Shown: positions 53,853 through 64,000 of the stretch, piece by piece | How the letters are laid out: each line of letters starts with the position of its first letter | How positions within the stretch are numbered: position 1 is the first letter of the stretch | Assembly (NCBI RefSeq): GCF_009914755.1 | Contig: NC_060948.1 | DNA length: 64,000 nt | Strand: one strand, 5' to 3' | Source of the DNA: the human T2T-CHM13v2.0 reference genome, Homo sapiens | Position numbers and translations under genes: made by a program | Notes under the pieces: generated by a model | What the model was told of the DNA's origin: nothing | Databases searched by the model: none | The model's input: only the letters and a program-made list of their open reading frames with translations

Positions 53853-56585
53853 TTTAAAATGAAGTGCTGATTTGTGTTTAAGAACTGTTTACCTTTTTGC
53901 TACTCATAAAACATCAACTGTTTGCTTCAAACACATTTTTGATACATTTAAAATATCTGAAATCTAGGAAGGGCATTCAGTCAGTTGGATATCTTATATA
54001 TCTGAATGCTTTTTCTAAATTGTGTGTCATCAATCTTTAGATAATAAAATAAATGTGACTCTATAGTTATTTATTTGGCTTAAAGTAGTTACTTTCAAAT
54101 TACCTATGAATTTATTATTCATTTCTCTCCTCTGATAGTATAAGCATTTTCAGTATTTTGTTTGAGCAGCCATTAAAGATATAATTATATTTTTCTGTAT
54201 TCTATTCCAATTTGATCTATAAATTGTATATGTTTTCTAAATTACTAACAAAGTTTACATTGTTTATGAATTTGTAAATAATATGTAATATGCATTTTCT
54301 TTGCCAAATTATAACACATGGATTACATGGGAACCTATGATAAGTTAAGGTTGACAGACAAAATATTTCTAAAAACATGGAGTTTAAGCAATCAGTTGAA
54401 AAATATATATATTTTTTGTGCTGATAAAATTTTAAAATGCTGCAGGATATATTGAATGTTCCAAATATATCTGCACTCATTGTGCATATGCACACATTTC
54501 TTTGTTGTCCACTTTATATTTGGTGATGTTTCTGTCCTATTGTTCCACTGTTCTTTATAACAATAATTTATTTCACTCATACACTTTTATCTTAAACTGT
54601 AATGTATAATACATTGATGTTTTGATGAAATAGAAAGAGCACTTAAAGAAAAAATTTTCCTGAAATCCGTCATAAACCTGAATTGTTATGTAAGGAAGAA
54701 ACTTACCTTTAATCTTTAATTTTGACATATTAGCAATATTAACAACATACTTTATCAATTTTTGGTATTTTAAATGTAAAATGTTGCTTTTGACTTTTTA
54801 CACTGTGTTGGGGTACTTCTTCTGTTCTTCTATAATCAGTTCTAATGTCCATGATACATTTCTGCCTATCATCTGAATAATGAAATGTGATCTCATTTGT
54901 CCATCTTTGCTTTGGTTGCCTGTGCCTGTTGGATAATGCTCAAAGAGTTTTCGCACACTCAGATTTCCTGAGGAGTTTCCCCAAAGTGTTCTTCTAGTAA
55001 TTTCATAATTTGAAATCTTAGAGTTAAGTCTTTAATATGCATTGATTTGATTTTTTTGTGTATGGCAAGAGGTAGCGGTCTAGTTTCATTCTTCTGCATA
55101 TGGATATCCAGTTTTCAGTTTTCCAGGAAGTATTGATTGAAGAAACTGTCCTTTCCCTAATGTATACTCTTGGAACATTTGTTGAAAATGAGTTTACTGT
55201 AGATGAATTTATTTCTGGGTTTTCTATTCTGTTCCGTTGGTCTATATGTCTGTTTTTATGCCAGTACAATACTATTTTGGTTAGTATAGCTCTGTAGTAT
55301 AATTTGACATCAGGTAATGTGATTTCTCCAATGTAGTTTTTTTTTGCTTAGGATAGCTTTGGCTATTCTGCGTGTTTTGTGGTTCCATATAAGTTTTAGA
55401 ATTTTTTTTTCAATTAATGTGAAGAATGTCGTGATTATTTTACAGGGGTTTGCATTGAATCTGTAGATTACTTTGGGAGTATGAATATCTTAACAATATT
55501 TATTTTTCCACATACATGTAATATCTTTTCATTTTTTGTGTCTTCAATTTCTTTCATCAAAGTTTTACAGTGTTCATTGTAGAGAATTTCACTTCCTTGA
55601 TTAATTTATCATATTTTATTTTATTTGTAGCTATTGTAAATGGGATAAATTTCTTGATTCCTTAATGTTGGCACATAAACATGTTACTGGTTTTTGTATG
55701 TTGATTTTGGATATGAAATCAATATTCATCAGTGATATTGGCCTGTTTTCTTTTTCTGATATGTTGTTGGATTTTGGATACGAAATCAACATACAAAATT
55801 ACTAAATTTGTTTATCAGTTCTAATCATTTTCTTGTGGACTCTTTAGGTTTTTCTAAATATAATATCATATCATTAACAAACAAGAACAATTTTACTTCT
55901 TCCATTTCAACTTGGATGCCCTTTATTTCTTTCTCTTGTCTGATTGCTCTAGCTAGGACTTCCAGTACTATGTTGAATGACACTGGTGACAGTGGTCCTC
56001 CTTATCATGTTCCAGATCTTAGAGAAAACACTTTTCGTTTTTTCCCCTTTCAGTATGATACTAGCTGTAGGTCTGTTGTATACGCCCTTTATTATATTGA
56101 GGTATGTTCATCCTATACTCAATTCTTAGAGAATTTTTTTAAATGAAGGAATGTTGAATTTATCAAGTAATTTTTCAGCATCAATTGAAATAATCATATG
56201 ATTTTTGTCTTTTAGTCTGTTGATATGATGAATCACATAGATTGATTTGCATACATTGAGCCATCTTTGCATCTCTAGGTTAAATCCCACTTGGTCATGA
56301 TGAATGATGTTTTCAATGTGTTGTTGAATTCAGTTTGCTAATATTTTGTTGAAGATTTTTGCATCAATATTCATCAGTGATATTGGCCTGTTTGCTTTTT
56401 CTGATATGTTGTTGGTTTTGGTATCAGGGTAATATTAGCCTCATAGAATAAGTTTTGTAGTGTTCCCTCCTTCTCTATTTTCTAGAATAGTTTGAATAGA
56501 ATTGGTATTAGTTCTTTCTTAAATATTCGTTAGAAGTCAGCAGTGAAACCCTCTGGTCCTCAGCTATTTTTCTGCTGGAAGATAT

Positions 56586-58585
56586 ATTTTTTCTTTTTTT
56601 TTTTAACTTTTAAGTTCAGGGGTACAAGTGTAGGTTTGTTACATAGGTAAACTTGTGTCATGGGGATTTGTTGCACAGTTTGTTTCATCAACCAGGTTTT
56701 AAGCCTAGCACCCATTAGTTGTTTTTCCTGATCCTCTCTCTCCTCCCACCCTCCATCCTCCAAGAGACCCCAGTGTGTGTGGTTCTCCTCTATGTGCCCA
56801 TGTGTTCTCATAATTTATCTCTCATTAATAAGTGAGAAAATGTGGTATTTGGTTTTCTGGCCCTGTGTTATTTTGGTAAAAATAATGGCCTTAGGCTCAA
56901 TTCATGTTCCTGCAAAAGACATAATCTTGTTCTTTTTTATGGCTGCATAGTATTCCATGGTGTATATGTACCACATATTCTTTACCCAGTCTGTAATTGA
57001 TTGACATTTAGGTTGATATCATATCTTTGCTATTGTAAGTAGTGCTGCAGTGAACATATGCATGCATGTGTCTTTATAATAGAATGATTTATATTCCTTT
57101 GGATATATTCCCAGTAATGGGATTGCTGGGTCAAATGTTATTTCTGTCTTTAGGTCTTTGAGTAATTGCCACACTGTCTTCCACAGTGGCTGAAATAATT
57201 TACGCTCTCACCACCGGTGGATAAGTTTTCCTGTTTCTCTACAACCTCACCAGGATTTCTTACTATTTGACTTTTTTGTAGCCATTCTGACTGGTGTGAG
57301 ATAGTATCTCATTGTGGATTTGATTTGCATTTCTCTAACAATCAATGTTGTTGAGCTCTTTTCATATGATTGTTGACCACATGTATGTCTCCTTTTGAAA
57401 AGTGTCTGCTCATGTATTTTGCCACTTTTTAATGGAGTTGTTTTTTTTCTTTGTAATTTTTTTAAGTTCATTATAGATGCTGGATATTAGACCTTTGTCA
57501 GATACAGAGTTTCCAAAAATTTTCTGTCATTCCATAGATTGTTTACTCTGTTGATAGTTTATTTTTGCTATGAAGCAGCCGTTTCATTTACTTAGATCTC
57601 ATTTGTCAATTTTTGCTTCTGTTGCAATTGCTTTTGGAATTTTTTTTATGAAACTTTTGCCAGCGCCTGTATCCGGAATGATACTGCCTAGGTTATCTTC
57701 CAGGAATTTTATAGTTTTGGGTTTTATGTTTAGGTCTTTAATCCATCTTGAGTTTATTTTTGTATATAGTGTAAGGAAGGGGTCCAGTTTCAATCTTCTG
57801 CATATGTCAGTTATGTCAACACCATTTATTGAATAGAAAATCCTTTCTTCAGAGCTTCTTTTTTTTTTTTTTTTTTTGGTCAGGTTTGTCAAAAATCAGA
57901 GAGTTGTAGGTGTGTGGTCTTATTTCTGGGTTCTCTATTCTATTCCATTTGCCTATGTGTCTGTTCCTGTACCAGTGCCATGCCATTCTGGTTACTATAA
58001 TCCTGTAGTATAGTATAGTTTGAAGTCAGGTAGTATGATACCTCTGGCTTTGTTCATTTTGTTTAGGATTACCTTGGCTATTAGGGCTATTTTTGGTACC
58101 ATATAAATTTTTAAATAATTTTTTAAAATTTTATTTCTGTGAAGAATGTCATTGATAATTTAATAGGAATAGCATTGAATGTATACATTGTTTTAGGCAG
58201 GATGACCATTTTAATGATATTGATTATTTCTATCCAGGAGCATAAAATGTTTTTCCATTTGTTTGTGTCATCTCTGATTTCTCTGAGCCGTGGCTTGTAG
58301 TTCTCCTTGTAGAGATTTTTCACCTCCCTGGTTAGCTGTATTCAAAGGTATTTTATTCTTTTTGTGGCAAATGTGAATAGGCATCTGTTTGTGGCTCTCA
58401 GCTTAACTGTTGTTGATGTATAGGAATACCAGCACTTTTTGCACATTGATTTTGTGTCCTGAGACTTTGGTGAAGTTGTTTAACAGCTTCAGAAGCTTCG
58501 GGGCTGAAAAAATGTTTTTTTTGTTTGTTTTTTTTTTTAGATATAGGGTCATGTCATCTGCAAACAGAGATAGTCTGACTTCCTC
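56586..58585 (-). mobile_element. 5'-truncated L1PA nested in L1MA
   Basis: L1PA 3'UTR; 15-bp TSD tctgctggaagatat (56571-56585/58586-58600). Confidence 0.93.
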
Positions 58586-61134
58586 TCTGCTGGAAGATAT
58601 TTATTATGGCTTTGAGCTCATTATTTGTTATGGATATGTTCAGGTTTTGGATTTCTTAATGGTTTAAACTTGATAGGCTATATGTGTCTAGGATTTGTCA
58701 ATTTCTTCTGGCTTTTTCCATTTATTGGCATATAGTTGCTAATAATGGCCATTAATCATCTTTTGAATTCCTGTGGTATCAGTTGTAATGTCTCCTTTTA
58801 CAACTCTGGTTTTATTCAGGTCTTCTCTCTTTTCTCTTAGTCTGGCTAAAGGCTTGTCAATTTTGTTTAACTTTTAACAAAACAACCTTTTTATTTCATT
58901 GATCTTTTGTATTGATTTATTTGTTTTGATTTCATTGATTTATCTTCTATTATTATTCTTTTTCTTCTATTAATATTGGATTTTGTTTGCTCTTGCTTTT
59001 CCTGTTGTTTAAGATGCGTCGTTAGGTTGTTTACTTGAAGTTTTTCTCATTTTTTAGTGTAGGCACTTACAGCTATAAACTTCCCTCTAAGTACTGCTAT
59101 TGCTATATCCCATAGGGCTCAGTATGTTGTGTGTCCATTATAATTTGTTTCAAGAATTTTTTCAAATTTCTTTTTAATTTCTGCATTAACATACTGATCA
59201 TTCAGCAGCATATTGTTTAATTTCTATGTGAGTGTATGGTTTCCAAAATTCCTCTTGTAATTAATTTCTAGTTTTAGTCCATTGTGGTGAGAGAAGGTGC
59301 TTGATAATTTTTGACTTTTTTGAATGTTTTAAGAATTGTTTTTTGAGCTAATATATGACCTTTCCTTGAGAATGATCTCTTTGCTGAGGAGAAAAATGTG
59401 TATTCTGCAGCAGATGGGTGAAATTTTCTGTAACTATTAGGTTTTTTTGTTCTATAGTGAAGATTAAGTTCAATTTTTTTTGCTGTTGCTGTTGTTGTTG
59501 ATTTTCTGTCTGAAAGGTCCAGTGCTGAAAGTGTGGTGTTTAAGTCTCCACCTATTACTGTATTGGGGCCTATCTCTATCTGTGGCTCAATAATATTTGC
59601 TATATATATCTGAGTGCTGTAGTATTGAGCACATATATATTTACAATTGTTATATCCTTTTCCTGAATTGACCCATTTATCATTATATAGTGACTTTCTT
59701 TGTCTCATAGTTTTTATATTGAAATATAATTTGTCTGATATAAGTCTAGCTACTACCACTCTTTTTTAGTTTTTATTGGCATGGAATATCTTTTACCATC
59801 TGTTTATTTGCAATGTATGAGTGCCTTTAAATGTGAAGTATATTTCTTGTAGGCAATAGATTATATAGTTTTTTTAATCCATTAATCCACTCTATGCCTT
59901 TTGATTGGAGAATTTAGTTGTTTTTACATTAAATGTTATTATTAACAAATAAGGGCTTATTCTTGCCATATTGTTATTTGTTTTCTGTTCATTTTGTGGC
60001 CTTCTCTTCCTTCTTTCCTTCCTTTTTTCTTCTTTTAGTTAAGATGATTTTCTCTGGTGATACAATTTAGTTTTTTTTTTAAATTTTTTGTCAGTCAGTT
60101 ATCTGTTTTTTGATTTAAGGTTACCATGAAACTTGCAAATACTATCTTATAACCCATTATTTTAAGCTAATAATAATTTAACACTGTATAAACAAACAAA
60201 CATAAAAATGTAGAGAAAACTCATAAACACTCTACATTTTATTACCCTACTTTTTAATCTTTTGTTGTTCTTATTTATATATTGTTATACTGTCTAGGTC
60301 TTGAAAAGTTGTAGTTATTATTTTTTATTGGTTCCTGTTTTAATATTTCTACTTATGATAAGAATAGTTTACACACCAAAGTTACAGTGTTATAATATTC
60401 TGTATTTATTGTGTATTTACTATTACCAGTCAGTTTTGTACCTTTGTATGAATTCTTGTTGCTCATTAACATTCTATTCTTTTTAATTGAGGCACTCTCT
60501 TTAGTATTTCCTGAAGGACAGGTCTGGTGTTGTTAAAATCCTTCAGCTTTTGTTTTTTGGGGGAAGTCTTTATTTCTCCTTCATGTTTAGAGGATATTTG
60601 CACCAGATATACTATTATAGAGTGAAAGTATTTTTTCTCCAGCACTTCTTTAAATATGTCATGCCACTCTCTCATGCCCTGTAAGGTTTCCACTGAAATG
60701 TGCTGCCAGATGTATTGGTGCTCCATTGTATGTTATTTGTTTGTTTTCTCTTGCTGCTCTTTCTAAAATAATCCTTTCTTTATTTTTGACCTTTGGGAGT
60801 TTGATTATTAAATGCTTTGAGATAGTCTCTTTTGGGTTAAATCTCCTTGATGTTCTTTGGGCTTCTTATACTTGGATATTGATAATATTTCACTAGGTAT
60901 TGGAAGTTCTCTTTTATTATTTCTTTGATAAAACTTCCTACTCATATCTCTTTCTCTACCTCCTCTTTAAGGCCAGTTACTCTTAGATTTGCTCTTTTGA
61001 GGCTGTTATCTAGATTCTGTAGTTGTATGTCATTACTTTTATTCTTTTTTCTTTACTTCTGTGTATTTTCAAATAGCTTATCTTCAAGCTTACTAATTCT
61101 TTCTTCTACTTGATCAATTCTGTTATTAAAAGAC

Positions 61135-61495
61135 TGATATTGTTTGGCTGTGTCCCCACCCAAATCTCATTTTGAATTGTAGCTCCCATAATTCCCATGG
61201 GTTGTGGGACGGACCCAGAGGGAGGTAACTGAATCATGGGGATGGGCTTTTCCCATGCTGTTCTCATGATACTGAATGAGTCTCATGAGATCTGATGGTT
61301 TTATAAAGGAGAGTTCCCCTACACAAGCTCTCTCTTTCCTGCTGCCATGTGAGATGTAACTTTGCTCTTCCTTGCCTTCCACCATGATTTTGAGGCCTCC
61401 CCAACCACATGGAACTGTGGTTAAACTTCTGTTACCTTGTAAGTTACCTAGTCTCGTATGTGTCTTTATCAGCAGTGTGAGAATGGACTAATACA
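61135..61495 (+). mobile_element. THE1 solo LTR
   Basis: Perfect TSD aagac (61130-61134/61496-61500). Confidence 0.93.
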
Positions 61496-62944
61496 AAGAC
61501 TCTTATGCATTCTTCAGTATGTTAATTGCATTTTTCAGCACCAGAATTTTTACTTGATTCATTCTAATTATTTCAATCTCCTTGTTAAATTTATCTAACA
61601 GACTTCTAAATTTCTTCTCTGTGTTATCATTGAATTTCTTTGAGTTCCCTCAAAACAGCTATTTTTAATTCTCTGTCTGAAAGTTCACATATCTCTATTT
61701 CTCCAGGATTGGTCCCTGGTGCCTTATTTAGTTTATTTGGTAAGGTCATGTTTTCCTGGATAGTCTTGATATTTATGGATTTTCATCTGTGTCTGGGCAT
61801 TGAGGAATAAGGTATTTATTGTTATCTTTGCAGTAGGGACTTGTTTGTACTCATCTTTCCCAGGAAGGCTTTCCAGATATTTCAAAGAACTTTGATGTTG
61901 TGATCTAAAATATATCTGTATTAGAGAACGCAAGAAGCCCGAAGCCCAGGACAACTTTTTAAGTTTAAGAACTAAGTAACTGTGGTTCTTGCAGACTTGT
62001 AGAGGTACTGCCTTGGTGGTTTTGGACAACATCCAGAAGAATTCTGTAGATTATCAGGCAAAAACTCTTGTTCTCTTTTCTTACTTTCTTCCAAAAAAAA
62101 AAAAAAAATGGAGTCTCTCTCTCGCTCTCTGTTCTGAGCTGCCTGGAGTTATTGGTGGAATGACACAAGCACCTCTGTGACCACCACTACTAGGATTGTG
62201 CTGGGTCAGACCCGATGCCAGTACAATACTGGGCCTCACTCAAGGCCTGATACAACCTCAACTTGACTACTGCCTATGTTTTCCCAAGGCCCTGGGGCTC
62301 TACAGTAAGCTGCTGGTAAGGCCTTTCAGGCCTGTGTTCTTCCCTTCAAGATGGCGAATTTCCCCAGGCCCCAGGTATGTCCAGATGTGCCATCCAGGAG
62401 CCAGAGACTAGCATTAAATACCTTAGATGTCTAAGTGGTATTCTATTGTACAGCAACTGAGCTGGCACTCAAACCACAAGATGCAATCCTTCCCACTCTT
62501 CTTTCCTTTTTCCAAAGGTAGAGGAGTTTCACCCTGTGGCCACTGCCAACATGAGGCCATGGAGAATACTGCCAAGCTATTGCTGATGTTTCGTTTAGGT
62601 CCAAAGTCTCTTCAGTCAGCTTGTGATGATTGATACCTGGCCTGGGACTCACCCTTCAGAACAATGGGCTCCTCTCTCACCCAGGGCAGGTCCAGAAATG
62701 CTGTCCAACATCCATGTCCTAGATATGGGGACCTCAAGGGTCCACTTCGTGCTCTACTCCACTGTGGTGAGCTAGGACTTAAGGTCCAAGACAAAGTTCC
62801 CTTTTCCCTCCTCATTTCTCAATCAGAGGGAGTCTTGCCCCCTACACACACAGCAGGAAATGTGCTGATTGTAGCCTGAGTCCAACAAGTCTCAGAATTT
62901 CACCCCAAGGCACTAGAAGTATTGCTTGGGTATTATTGCTGGTC

Positions 62945-64000
62945 ATTAATCTTCTGTGATCATTATTTGTATTTCTGTGGGGTCAGTGGTAATATCTTCT
63001 TTGTCATTTCTAATTGTGTTTATTTGGAACTTTTCCCTTTTTTTCTGTATGAGTGTACCTAGAAATCTGATATGGTTTGGCTCTGTGTTCCCCTCAAAAT
63101 CTCATCTCAAATTATAATCCCCATGTTTCCAGGGAGGAACATGTAATCTCCATGTGTCAAGGGAAGGAGGTGATTGGATCATAGGAGCAGTTTCCCCCAT
63201 GGTGGCCTTGTGATAATGAATGAGTTCTCACGAGATCTTATGGTTTTATAAGTGTTTGACAGTTTCTCCTTCACATGTTCTTTCTCCTGCCACCTTGTGA
63301 AGAAGGTACTTCCTTCCCCTTTGCCTTCTGCTATGATTATAAGTTTCCTGAGGCCTACCCAGCCATGTGGAACTGCGAGTCAATTAAACTTCTTTCTTTT
63401 AAAAATTACCCACTCTCAAGTATTTCTTTATAGCAACGTAAAAATGGACTATTACACAATCTATTTCACTAATTAAAAAAAAAAACCTCCTAGATTCATT
63501 CATCTTTTGAATGTTTTTTCCTGTCTCATTTTCCTTCAGTTCAGCTCTGATTTTGGTTATTTCTTGTCTTCTGCTAGCTTTGGGCTTGGTTTGATCTTGC
63601 TTCTCTAGTTTTCTTTAGTTGTGATGTTAGGTGGTTCAACTGAGATTTTTTTAACTTTTAGATGTGGGTATTTAGTGCTATAAATTTCCACTTTAACACT
63701 GCCTTAGTTGTGTCCCAGAGATTCTGCTATATTGTATCTGTGTTCTTATGAGTTTCAAATAACTTCTTGATTTCTGCCTCAATTTCATTATTTACCCAAA
63801 AGTCATTCACAACCTGAGCAAATTATACAATTTCCATTTAATTGTATGGTTTTGAGCAATTTTCTTAGTCTTGCTTCCTAATTTGATAGTGCAATGATCT
63901 GAGGGAGTGATTCTTATTATTTCAGTTCTTTTGCATTTGCTGAGGAGTGTTTTGTGTCCGATTATGTGGTCAATTTTAGAGTATGTGCTGAGTGGCATTG
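62945..64000 (-). mobile_element. L1P ORF2 endonuclease-region fragment
   Basis: STYSKIDHIIGHK peptide; runs off the window end. Confidence 0.85.
63068..63456 (+). mobile_element. MSTA-like solo LTR
   Basis: tgatatggtttggctctgtg...gactattaca; TSD aaatc/caatc. Confidence 0.88.

Larger units (their letters stand above)
54884..62940 (-). mobile_element. Long L1MA-type element (ORF2, ORF1, 5'UTR; 3' end missing), interrupted by an L1PA and an LTR
   Basis: ORF2 RT/EN peptides (VIGGDLNTTLSALD; AEYTFFSS) and ORF1 peptides in the ORF track. Confidence 0.88.

Noticed and set aside
54884-64000. L1 ORF1/ORF2 peptide fragments as a possibly active element
   Set aside because: Heavily interrupted by stops, frameshifts and nested insertions.

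Overview
AT-rich, repeat-dense human genomic DNA; a human-specific AluYb8 fixes the species. I read it as intronic sequence of the X/Y-homologous delta-1 protocadherin gene PCDH11X/PCDH11Y, transcribed on +. The only real coding sequence is a 24-nt microexon at 53783-53806 (TFIPGLKK, cytoplasmic domain), too short for the ORF track. A full-length KRT18 processed pseudogene (45096-46506) sits inside a twin-primed, 5'-inverted L1, consistent with my recollection that KRT18P11 (X) and KRT18P10 (Y) lie in PCDH11 introns. I cannot tell X from Y from the sequence alone. The rest is L1s of many ages, two full-length THE1 elements, solo MaLR and MER34-like LTRs, Alus, MIR/L2 and microsatellites; repeat subfamily calls are by eye and their boundaries approximate. 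Best leads, all untested: a second frame-preserving candidate microexon about 360 nt upstream of the known one; the pseudogene as a ready-made sense terminal exon; a candidate recursive splice site; and a multi-template-switch repair scar.
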